From positions 8,960 to 72,959 of the forward strand of contig JAFGGA010000136.1 of the NCBI GenBank assembly GCA_016930835.1: DNA of 64,000 nucleotides, written 5' to 3'. Under the pieces are notes generated by a model that was not told the DNA's origin, searched no databases, and saw only the letters and a program-made list of their open reading frames with translations. Positions 1 through 7,723 of the stretch are shown here, piece after piece. This DNA comes from Deltaproteobacteria bacterium. Its GTDB lineage: Bacteria; Desulfobacterota; DSM-4660; Desulfatiglandales; HGW-15. Every line of letters starts with the position of its first letter. Position 1 is the stretch's first letter. Position numbers and translations under genes: made by a program.

Positions 1-5
1 CCTTA

Positions 6-28
6 TCCCCTCCCATCAAGGGAGGGGA
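6..28. repeat. GC-rich hairpin CCCCTCCC-N5-GGGAGGGG
   Basis: Perfect 8-bp stem (7-14 / 20-27) with a 5-nt loop. The same CCCCTCCC...GGGAGG(GG) motif recurs at 5433-5503 and 31208-31225. Confidence 0.5.
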
Positions 29-210
29 AAGGAATTGGCTGAATTTATAAACTCTTTCAATATCGATGCATCATAGGATGCCTGATCAAAATGGTCGCCC
101 CCCTGTATCCAGCAAATGACTTATGGGGCATGATCAGCCCGTAAAAGGGGAAGGGATTTCGGGTATTTTTGGATGATCTCTAGGAAAACTTATAGCAATA
201 GGAGGCAACC

Positions 211-813
211 ATGAAATTGAGTCAAAAACAAAAGGAATTTTTGGGCTATATCTCCCGTTATGTGGATGAATGGGGGCATTCCCCCAGTTTTGACGAAATA
301 TGCGCCCATTTTGGTTTTAACTCCTATAACACGGTCACCACCTATCTCAAGATCCTGGAACGAAAAGGTTATGTTCGGCTTCCCGGTAAAAACCGAAAGC
401 GGGCCATCGAGGTCATCAGCCCTGTGGAAACACGGCGGTTTGAGTTCCCTCTCCTGGGAAAGGTGGCCGGCGGAAAACCCATTGAGGCCATCGAAGACGT
501 GAACGTGATCGAGGTCCCGCCCTCCATGATCGGAAAAGGGGACCACTTTGTCCTGCAGGTCAAGGGATCATCCATGGAGGATGACGGGATCCTGGACGGT
601 GATTTTGTGGTGATCCGCAGGCAGGCCACCGCGGAAAACGGCGAGACCGTCGTGGCCCTCCTCAACAACGAGGCCACGGTCAAGCGATATTACAAGACCA
701 ATGGCCGCGTGGAACTCCGCCCCGCACACAAGGGTATGGAATCCATATGGGTTGATGAAGGTGATCTCCACATTCAAGGTAAGGTGGTGGGGGTGATGAG
801 GCATTATAGATAA
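211..813 (+). CDS. lexA: LexA repressor (S24 peptidase)
   Basis: 200-aa ORF. N-terminal winged helix (YNTVTTYLKILERKGYV), cleavage region VAGG, catalytic Ser context GSSMEDDGI, Lys in ATVKRYY. GGAGG SD upstream of the ATG. Confidence 0.95.
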   Translation: MKLSQKQKEFLGYISRYVDEWGHSPSFDEICAHFGFNSYNTVTTYLKILERKGYVRLPGKNRKRAIEVISPVETRRFEFPLLGKVAGGKPIEAIEDVNVIEVPPSMIGKGDHFVLQVKGSSMEDDGILDGDFVVIRRQATAENGETVVALLNNEATVKRYYKTNGRVELRPAHKGMESIWVDEGDLHIQGKVVGVMRHYR

Positions 814-820
814 GGCGCAG

Positions 821-857
821 GGTATAAGGTGTACGGTTTACGGTATAAGGTTTAAGG
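821..857 (+). repeat. Tandem heptamer array, left arm (TATAAGG TGTACGG TTTACGG TATAAGG TTTAAGG)
   Basis: Five consecutive 7-mers of pattern TNTAMGG read directly at 823-857. Complementary to the array at 1242-1269. The last unit forms the AAGGAGG SD of the next ORF. Confidence 0.85.
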
Positions 858-867
858 AGGAAGAATA

Positions 868-1224
868 ATGGGGGATTTTCAAAAGCTTAAGGTTTGGAAG
901 CGTGCGAAGGACCTAGCTGTTTCAATTTATAAAGCGACCGGGAAAGGTTCATTCCTTAAAGATTATAACCTCAAAGATCAGATTCGGCGGGCTGCCATTT
1001 CGATCCCAAGCAATATAGCAGAGAGGGATGAATTGGGAACCAACAGACAATCCATAAAGTTTTTTCGTATTGCAAAAGGCTCTGCTGCCGAACTATTCAA
1101 TCAAACTATTATAGCCTTTGAAATTGGTTATTTTACACAACCTCAATTTGAGCAAGTTAAAGAGGAATGCCAGGCGATTTCAAGCATGTTGCCAAGGCTA
1201 ATTCATGTAAGAGCAAAATATTAA
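868..1224 (+). CDS. Four-helix-bundle protein (23S rRNA intervening-sequence protein family)
   Basis: 118-aa ORF with family-typical motifs: FQKLKVWKRAKDLAVSIY, IRRAAISIPSNIAE, AKGSAAEL. Strong SD. Confidence 0.85.
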   Translation: MGDFQKLKVWKRAKDLAVSIYKATGKGSFLKDYNLKDQIRRAAISIPSNIAERDELGTNRQSIKFFRIAKGSAAELFNQTIIAFEIGYFTQPQFEQVKEECQAISSMLPRLIHVRAKY

Positions 1225-1240
1225 GCATCGCTCAATACTC

Positions 1241-1271
1241 ACCGTATACCTTATACCGTACACCGTGAACC
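1241..1271 (+). repeat. Tandem heptamer array, right arm (CCGTATA CCTTATA CCGTACA CCGTGAA), inverse of 821-857
   Basis: Four consecutive 7-mers that are reverse complements of the TNTAMGG units, starting about 17 nt after the ORF stop. Confidence 0.85.
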
Positions 1272-1346
1272 TTTCCCCTCACGCCTTTTATCCCTCAGCA
1301 AAGAGGTTTATTTATAAATTTTATACGGAAAAAGGAAGATAAAAAC

Positions 1347-2507
1347 TTGCGTAATATCATTCATCTCCACATCCCTTCCTTCCAAATCACCTTGGAACGG
1401 GTGAATCGTCTTGAGCTTCGGGATCGGCCCGTGGTGGTGGCGCCGGCCCATTCAGAACGGGCCCTGATCCTTTCCGTATCCCGCGAGGCCCGAAGGGAAG
1501 GAATCTTCAAGGGCATGGCCCTGAACAAGGCCCTGCGGTTCTGTCCGGATCTGACGGTTTTACCCCCTAATCCCGGGCTTATGGAAAAGGGAACCCAGGC
1601 CCTTACCGAGGCCGTGGCTCATTATACCCCCCTGTGGGAACCGGCCCAGCCTGGTCACATGTACATGGATGTCACGGGAACAGAGCGTCTGTGGGGGCGG
1701 GCCAAAGACGCGGCCCGACGTATCGGCAAGGAGATGAAGGATCGCCTCTCTCTTCCAGGCGCCGTCGGCGTCGCCGGCAACAAGATGGTTTCCGGCATCG
1801 CATCGCGGCTCATGGCTACGGAAGGGGTGCTGGATGTGGATCATGGCCGGGAGTCCGCGTTTATGGCTCCGCTCAAGGTAGATTTTCTGCCTGGCATCGG
1901 CCATGTGAGAAAGAGGGTCCTCCTGGAGGAACTCCATATCACCCTGGTTAGGGAAATCGCTGTTTTGGATATGCAGCATTTGAAGATGGTTTTTGGCATG
2001 CAGGCCCTTATGATCCATCAACGGGCATGGGGAATCGACCCCACACCGGTCCACCCCCCTGAAAGAAAACCCATGGTGAGCGAGAGCATCACCCTTGCCC
2101 GTGATGAGAACGATGACTATAAACTCCTGGCAACCCTGTATGCCATGGTGGAAAAATGTGGGCAACGGCTTCGAAGCAGATCCTTGGTTCCCCGGCATGC
2201 CGGCCTGTTGATTCGATATTCCGATCAGATGGAGGTGGCGCGGCAAGTCAAATTGAACGGCGCGACCTTTTACGATATGGATCTCTATGCCCCTTTGGAG
2301 ATGATTTTTTACAAGGCTTACCAGCGCCGAGTCGGTATCCGTTTTATGCGGGTGTGGTTTCGGGATCTTATAGTCCCTTCGCCTCAACTCTCACTTTTTT
2401 CGAGGACTCCTGCATATGACGGCAAAAAAGCCCCGGTGACAAATGCCTTGGATCGCATCCGGGAGCGGTATGGAGAAAAAGCTATAAAATATGGAAGAGC
2501 GGTATAA
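1347..2507 (+). CDS. imuB: ImuB-like inactive Y-family DNA polymerase
   Basis: 386-aa ORF with overall DinB/Y-family layout. The catalytic DMDAFFASVE-type motif is replaced by HLHIPSFQITLE, as in ImuB. TTG start per ORF track with AAGGAAG upstream. Lies immediately upstream of dnaE2. Confidence 0.8.
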   Translation: MRNIIHLHIPSFQITLERVNRLELRDRPVVVAPAHSERALILSVSREARREGIFKGMALNKALRFCPDLTVLPPNPGLMEKGTQALTEAVAHYTPLWEPAQPGHMYMDVTGTERLWGRAKDAARRIGKEMKDRLSLPGAVGVAGNKMVSGIASRLMATEGVLDVDHGRESAFMAPLKVDFLPGIGHVRKRVLLEELHITLVREIAVLDMQHLKMVFGMQALMIHQRAWGIDPTPVHPPERKPMVSESITLARDENDDYKLLATLYAMVEKCGQRLRSRSLVPRHAGLLIRYSDQMEVARQVKLNGATFYDMDLYAPLEMIFYKAYQRRVGIRFMRVWFRDLIVPSPQLSLFSRTPAYDGKKAPVTNALDRIRERYGEKAIKYGRAV

Positions 2508-2605
2508 GGTTTACGGTCTACGGTTTACGGATGGAAACTATACATCTTGCCTTAACCCGTATACCGTACACCGTATATCATACACCTTATACCGTACAAC
2601 ATAAG
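2501..2605 (+). repeat. Inverted heptamer-array hairpin without cargo (4 units TNTACGG/TATAAGG, 19-nt spacer, 8 units CCKTAYA)
   Basis: TATAAGG TTTACGG TCTACGG TTTACGG at 2503-2530. CCTTAAC CCGTATA CCGTACA CCGTATA TCATACA CCTTATA CCGTACA ACATAAG at 2550-2605. The left arm overlaps the imuB stop codon (2505-2507). Confidence 0.85.
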
Positions 2606-2617
2606 CCGAGTCTAGCT

Positions 2618-5600
2618 ATGATCAATTTTATCCACCTCCATGTCCATTCTCATTTTTCCAAGGGCTGGGGCATAGGCTCCATTGAGGAACTCTGTCAATG
2701 CGCCCGGGCCTATCACATGGACCGGTTCGCCCTGACCGACACCAACGGCCTTTACGGACTGGTCTTCTTTGTTCAGAGCGCCATGGAGATGGGCATCAAG
2801 CCTATTGTGGGCAGTGAGATCGTATGCGACAATCACCGGGCCGTCCTGCTGGTGCGCGGCCATGAAGGGTATGCCAATCTCTGCCGGATTATATCCGACC
2901 GGCATTGCCATGAAGATTTCGACCTGATCCAATCGCTCAGACAGCGTCGCAATGGGCTCATCATCTTTTCCGACGACTTCCGTCTGCTCAAGGTCCTAAA
3001 GAAAGATGCCTTGGAAGATCTTTATGTGGAGATGTCGCCGGGTTACAGCATGCATTCCTGCTATGCATTCTCACGCGAGAGCGGCATCCCGCCCTTAGCC
3101 ACCAACCGGGTCTATCTGGTTCACAAAGATCAATGTCCGCTCCATCGAATACTCCGGGCCGTGGCCCTCAACAGCAAGCTGTCGCGTTTGACACCGAATG
3201 ACACGTGTAGGGAACATGGTTTTTTTAATTCTTCGCAGGCCATGATCGACCAGTTTCCCCATGCACCCCAAGCCATCCACAATACGGCTAAGGTGGCGGA
3301 CCAATGCATGATAAACTGGGATTTTAGCGGCGTCATCTTTCCGAGCTTTCAGGAGATGTCGGACAGGGAGGCCTTTGACCGTCTATATCAGGCCACGCTG
3401 GAAGGATGCAAGTGGCGGTACGGAGAGATCACCCCGGTTGTCCGGGAGCGCATAGATCATGAGATGCGGATCATCCGGGAAAAGAATTTTGCCCATTATT
3501 TTCTGGTGGTGGCCGATATCACGAAAAAGGCACAACGATCATGCGGAAGGGGGAGTGCCGCGGCGTCCATTGTTTCCTATGCCCTGGGCATCACCCACGT
3601 GGACCCCATCAAACATCATCTTTTTTTTGAACGGTTTTTAAATCCCGGACGGGTCGATCCTCCGGATATTGATGTGGACTTTGCATGGGATGAAAGAGAA
3701 CAGGTGATCGACTATGTTTTTGCACGGCATGGAAACCAACGGGCCGCCATGGTGGCCAACCATAACACCTATGGGGCCCGGTCGGCCGTTCGTGAGGTGG
3801 CCAAGGTTTTTGGCCTGACGGACGCGGAGATCGGTCGGGTGACCGACCGTATCGGATTCGGCTGGCGGCTAAAGAAGACCTGGAAAGAGCTGAAAACCCA
3901 TCCCAAGATGCGTGACGTGGAATTCAAAGAGCCATGGGATGATATCCTGGCCGCGGCCGTGCAACTGGAGGATCACCTGAATCATCTGTCCGTCCATTGC
4001 GGGGGCCTGGTGGTGGTGCCGGATGAGATACGCCGTTACTGCCCCGTGGAGATCTCCGCAAACGGGGCCCAGGTCCTTCAGTGGGAAAAGGATTCCGTGG
4101 AAGAGGCTGGCCTTGTCAAGATTGATATCCTGGGTAACCGCAGTTTGGCGGTCATTCGTGATGCATTGGCTTTGGTGGAAAAGAATTATGGTATTCGGAT
4201 CGATTACGCCACCTGGGACCCTATCCAGGACCCCGACACCGTGGAGATCTTTTATCAGGGTGATACATTCGGGGTGTTTTATTTTGAGAGCCCGGCCACC
4301 CGTCAGGTCCTGACCAAGGTAGCCAGCGGCCTGACCTTGGATACATACCGCACTCTGGATCATTTTCATCTCAACGTGGTGGTTACATCCATTATCCGTC
4401 CGGCGTCCAACCAGAGCATACGAACCTGGGTATCCAGACTCCACGGTCAGGCATGGGATGCCCCTCATCCCCTTTTACGCCCCGTGTTGGAAGAGACCCT
4501 GGGTGTCATGGTATTCCAGGAGCAATTGAGCCAGGCCGCCATCTGCATGGCTGGCTTTGACGCAGCCGAGGCCGATATGTTGCGCAAGGTGGTGAGCAAG
4601 AAGCACAGGGAGAAAAAGCTCAAGGATTTTCACACCCGGTTTATCAAGGGGGCCTCTGAGAGGGGGGTAACCACGGAGGTGATCGAAGATGTCTGGCAGA
4701 TGATGATGGGTTTTGACGGTTATAGTTTCTGCAAGCCCCATTCAGCCAGCTATACCCTGGTGGCCTACAAGTCAGCCTTTCTCCGGGCCCATTACCCGGC
4801 GGAATTTATGGCCTCGGTCATCTCAAACGGCGGCGGTTACTACTCCACCTTCGGTTATATATCCGAGGCAAAACGCATGGGTCTCCGTGTCCTTCCGCCG
4901 GACATCAATCTCAGTGAAGTCAAGTATATGGGTAAAGATCGCGACATCCGTGTGGGACTTATGCAGTTGAAAGAGCTTTCTCACGAGGCCAAGGAGGTCA
5001 TTGTGTTTGACCGTTCGCGAAACGGCCCATTCCTGTCCCTGGATGATTTTTTAAGGCGTATCGGACACCACATGCATTTTCAAGACGTCAGAATTTTAAT
5101 CAAGGCGGGCTGCTTTGATAGTATTAATCAGGGTATTGATCGGCCCGGCCTGGTGTGGAAGGCCCTGCGATTCTTTGACACCCATGCCCAAACCCTTCCC
5201 CCTCGCAGGTTATGTCGTAACGAAAAGCAGGTCATTCTCCAACAAAAGAATCAGGATCTTCGACCGAACGAGCAATGTCATGCATTGCAAGATCCGGAAT
5301 CCAGGCATGCAAAACCATTCCAAAAATATCTATTCAATTCTCATAAAGATTCGCCACCCATGGAGCCCCTTCCTTTTTTGTCGAACAACTTTCCATCCAT
5401 TTCTCCCTCATCCGGAGGGAAGAGCTCGTCACTTCTCCCCTCCCCCGGCGGGAGGAACGCGCCATTTCTCCCCTCCCCTAGCGGGAGGGGTTGGGAGAGG
5501 GGGTTGAATGAAAAACCCCCTTATCCCAAACACATCATGCTTAAGCACGAATCCGAGACCCTGGGTTTCATCCTTTCGATGCACCCTCTGGAGCTTTATC

Positions 5601-5956
5601 AAGATATCCTAAAAGAGCTGAACCTCATACACGCCAAAGATCTTGATAAGCATGTGGGTAAATATATCACCATCATCGGCTGGCTCGTGACCGGCAAGAC
5701 CGTGCTTACCAAGGCCGGTGACCCCATGAAGTTCATCTCTTTTGAAGACACCACCGGAATCTATGAGGCCGTGTTCTTCCCTAAGGTCTATAATCGATAT
5801 TGCCACATGCTTAATGCGTCACGACCTTATTTGATCAAGGGAAGGGTCGAGAAGGATTTTGGGTCTGTGAATGTGAATGTAAATTGGGTGGAGTTTTTGG
5901 ATCGACATAAAAAAAATAAAGATTATCGAAATCTGAAAATAACGGCGAAGCCTTGA
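2618..5956 (+). CDS. dnaE2: Error-prone DNA polymerase III alpha-like subunit DnaE2
   Basis: PHP motif INFIHLHVHSHFS at the N-terminus, GRGSAAASIVSYALGITHVDP, PPDIDVDF, C-terminal OB-fold region. The track ORF starts at 2531, but those 29 codons translate the heptamer array, so I prefer the ATG at 2618. Confidence 0.9.
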   Translation: MINFIHLHVHSHFSKGWGIGSIEELCQCARAYHMDRFALTDTNGLYGLVFFVQSAMEMGIKPIVGSEIVCDNHRAVLLVRGHEGYANLCRIISDRHCHEDFDLIQSLRQRRNGLIIFSDDFRLLKVLKKDALEDLYVEMSPGYSMHSCYAFSRESGIPPLATNRVYLVHKDQCPLHRILRAVALNSKLSRLTPNDTCREHGFFNSSQAMIDQFPHAPQAIHNTAKVADQCMINWDFSGVIFPSFQEMSDREAFDRLYQATLEGCKWRYGEITPVVRERIDHEMRIIREKNFAHYFLVVADITKKAQRSCGRGSAAASIVSYALGITHVDPIKHHLFFERFLNPGRVDPPDIDVDFAWDEREQVIDYVFARHGNQRAAMVANHNTYGARSAVREVAKVFGLTDAEIGRVTDRIGFGWRLKKTWKELKTHPKMRDVEFKEPWDDILAAAVQLEDHLNHLSVHCGGLVVVPDEIRRYCPVEISANGAQVLQWEKDSVEEAGLVKIDILGNRSLAVIRDALALVEKNYGIRIDYATWDPIQDPDTVEIFYQGDTFGVFYFESPATRQVLTKVASGLTLDTYRTLDHFHLNVVVTSIIRPASNQSIRTWVSRLHGQAWDAPHPLLRPVLEETLGVMVFQEQLSQAAICMAGFDAAEADMLRKVVSKKHREKKLKDFHTRFIKGASERGVTTEVIEDVWQMMMGFDGYSFCKPHSASYTLVAYKSAFLRAHYPAEFMASVISNGGGYYSTFGYISEAKRMGLRVLPPDINLSEVKYMGKDRDIRVGLMQLKELSHEAKEVIVFDRSRNGPFLSLDDFLRRIGHHMHFQDVRILIKAGCFDSINQGIDRPGLVWKALRFFDTHAQTLPPRRLCRNEKQVILQQKNQDLRPNEQCHALQDPESRHAKPFQKYLFNSHKDSPPMEPLPFLSNNFPSISPSSGGKSSSLLPSPGGRNAPFLPSPSGRGWERGLNEKPPYPKHIMLKHESETLGFILSMHPLELYQDILKELNLIHAKDLDKHVGKYITIIGWLVTGKTVLTKAGDPMKFISFEDTTGIYEAVFFPKVYNRYCHMLNASRPYLIKGRVEKDFGSVNVNVNWVEFLDRHKKNKDYRNLKITAKP
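5401..5503 (+). repeat. Three tandem ~33-bp GC-rich hairpin units embedded in frame in dnaE2
   Basis: TTCTCCCTCATCCGGAGGGAAG (5401-), TTCTCCCCTCCCCCGGCGGGAGG (5433-), TTCTCCCCTCCCCTAGCGGGAGGGG (5466-). Period about 33 nt = 11 codons. Translated as ISPSSGGKSSS / LLPSPGGRNAPF / LPSPSGRGWERG. Confidence 0.8.
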
Positions 5957-6023
5957 AATAGGTGGGCACATTTCTGGTTGATAAGTTGAGACTTTTGTAA
6001 GTCCCCATAAGTTATACTATCTT

Positions 6024-6140
6024 ATCATTCCGGTCCTGTATCTGGTAGGGGTAAAATACAGCAGGATTTTAGTGAATCCAGGGATTTTTTGGATTCCTCC
6101 AGATCGAATCCGGGACAGGTTTTGTCAATCCCGGAATGAT
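6024..6140. repeat. Nested inverted-repeat element (MITE-like or structured RNA)
   Basis: Terminal IR ATCATTCCGG (6024-6033) / CCGGAATGAT (6131-6140). Inner pairs CCTGT/ACAGG, ATCTGG/CCAGAT, GAATCCA/TGGATTC. Intergenic, about 70 nt after the dnaE2 stop. Confidence 0.5.
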
Positions 6141-6448
6141 GGACAGGGAAATTTCGCGAAGAACTCAAAATGATGGAATGCTTTTACGTGAAAAGTGCTG
6201 TTCAAATAAAACCTGTAAAGTCAATAACTTTGGCCCTTCTCTCCTAGTATTCCTTTTTTTGTATCGATCATGACATTATGTAATGATTGACTATCATTTT
6301 AAAATGTACTATACATCGAGTTGAAAAAAGATTGTTCCCTAATCATTTATACCTTATCCTCGTGCTCTGAGGATGAATCCGCAATAAAATATTTTTGGCG
6401 TATTACTGGTTGGTCCCACATTAAAATCCATCAAAAGGAGGTATTAAG

Positions 6449-7423
6449 ATGATGAATATCAAAAGAAAAATTCTAGGCGTCTTTTTAGTCATTCTGAGCG
6501 TGTTATTTTTAGGAAGTTGTGTAAGTGAGGAGGAGTATATTCAGAAATCTCAAGAAAATGATAAGCTTTATTTCCAATTAGCGGAATTGAAGTATGAACA
6601 CGGTAAATTATTGGGAGAAAAGTCCCAACTGGAAGCCGCTAAAAGGGATTTGGAATTAGCCAATGCAAACCAGGGAAAAAAGATCGATGAACTCAATCAA
6701 GATAATTCCGAATTGCAAAAAATATTAGCGGCCAGATCAGATTCATTAAGCAAGACAATCGTTTCATTAAGAAGTGATATTGATGATCTGAAAAACGAGA
6801 ACACCGGACAAAAAGCACAACTTGCTGAAAGAAATATGGAAATTGAAAAGCTTTTAAAGGAGATCAACTCTTTAAATGAGAGGAACAAAGCTCTTCAGGA
6901 CCAAGCCGCGGAATTGGAACGACAAAAGCAGCAGGAAATGGCCAATATGAAAGGCACCTATGAAGATCTTTTGCAAGACATGAAATCAGAGATCGATAAA
7001 GGCAAGATCACCATCACACAATTGGAAGGGAAATTAAAGGTGAATATGTTGGATGAGATCTTGTTTGACTCCGGCAAGGTTACCATTAAGCCTGAAGGAA
7101 TCGAGGTGCTGGAACGGGTCGGAAATATCCTGGTAAATGTCAAAGATCGATCCATAAACATAGAAGGGCATACAGATAATGTTCCCATCGGCGCCGAGCT
7201 TGCTAAAATATATCCCACAAACTGGGAGCTTTCCGCGGCGAGAGCAAGCAATGTGGCGCGATATCTGCAAGAAAAAGCGGGTATTTCCCCTGAATTACTT
7301 TCAGCTACCGGCTATGGTGAATATCAACCGGTTGCCTCCAATGACACAACCGAGGGCAAAGCCAAGAATAGACGGATCGAAATCGTGCTTGTTCCCCGCG
7401 AGATTACACCGATTGCCAGATAA
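6449..7423 (+). CDS. OmpA/MotB-domain lipoprotein with long coiled-coil
   Basis: Signal peptide with lipobox LGSC. Heptad-rich central region. C-terminal OmpA-like motif NIEGHTDNVPIG...NWELSAARASNVARYL...NRRIEIVL. AAGGAGG SD. Confidence 0.9.
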   Translation: MMNIKRKILGVFLVILSVLFLGSCVSEEEYIQKSQENDKLYFQLAELKYEHGKLLGEKSQLEAAKRDLELANANQGKKIDELNQDNSELQKILAARSDSLSKTIVSLRSDIDDLKNENTGQKAQLAERNMEIEKLLKEINSLNERNKALQDQAAELERQKQQEMANMKGTYEDLLQDMKSEIDKGKITITQLEGKLKVNMLDEILFDSGKVTIKPEGIEVLERVGNILVNVKDRSINIEGHTDNVPIGAELAKIYPTNWELSAARASNVARYLQEKAGISPELLSATGYGEYQPVASNDTTEGKAKNRRIEIVLVPREITPIAR

Positions 7424-7451
7424 CTATTAGATTAGACACAACTTGATTATT

Positions 7452-7501
7452 ATAGGGGGGTAGGTCTTATCCGGAATACAGATCTATTCCCCTATTTTTT
7501 T
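7452..7501 (+). terminator. Rho-independent terminator candidate after the OmpA-like gene
   Basis: ATAGGGG (7452-7458) pairs with CCCCTAT (7489-7495), with an inner TAGGTCT/AGATCTA stem, followed by a run of T. Confidence 0.6.
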
Positions 7502-7723
7502 GAAACCAAGTTTGTTTTATATCGGTTATGGGGAAGAACGCATATCGGTATCTATTTTTTAGGATCCATATTGAATTTCAATACCCTTATTTTAAAGATC
7601 CTAACCACTGAAGCTCGAAGGTTCCGATTTTCTATTCCGGAATCAACCGTTATCCCCTTCAGTGAGGTGAAGGATTTTAATGAGTGATCACTTGTTTTCA
7701 GATGGACAGTTCTCATAATTGTC

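Noticed and set aside
190-546. 118-aa minus-strand ORF, plus many similar track ORFs (for example 1560..2387-, 3869..4468-, 10477..10746-, 36055..36627+, 35114..35623+, 40043..40330+, 48197..48676-, 55348..55629+).
   Set aside because: They lie antisense to, or in alternative frames of, genes with clear family motifs. They are low-complexity or Arg/Pro/Ser-rich and lack SD sequences. They are shadow ORFs typical of GC-skewed or repeat-rich coding DNA.
1310-1319. Perfect palindrome ATTTATAAAT about 28 nt upstream of imuB as a LexA operator.
   Set aside because: It does not resemble any LexA box I know (CTGT-N8-ACAG, GAAC-N4-GTTC, GGTT-N10-AACC types). AT-only palindromes are expected by chance in an AT-rich promoter, so it is more likely a -10 region.
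821-2605. Heptamer arrays as a possible CRISPR array.
   Set aside because: The units are 7 nt and contiguous, with no spacers. The arrays are inverted relative to each other, and no cas genes are present.
2531-2617. N-terminal extension of DnaE2 (METIHLALTRIPYTVYHTPYTVQHKPSLA) as given in the ORF track.
   Set aside because: These codons are simply the translated heptamer array. DnaE2 homology (PHP motif FIHLHVHSHFS) begins right after the ATG at 2618. The alternative is kept open in a finding.
5115-5507. 130-aa alternative-frame ORF across the dnaE2 insert (ends ...PPPAGGTRHFSPPLAGGVGRGG).
   Set aside because: It is produced by the same GC-rich repeat read in another frame and lies entirely inside the dnaE2 frame, which continues into the conserved OB-fold region.
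6095-6115. TCGAATCC, a T-loop-like string suggesting a tRNA.
   Set aside because: No acceptor stem, D-arm or anticodon arm can be drawn around it. The surrounding sequence is explained by the nested inverted repeat.
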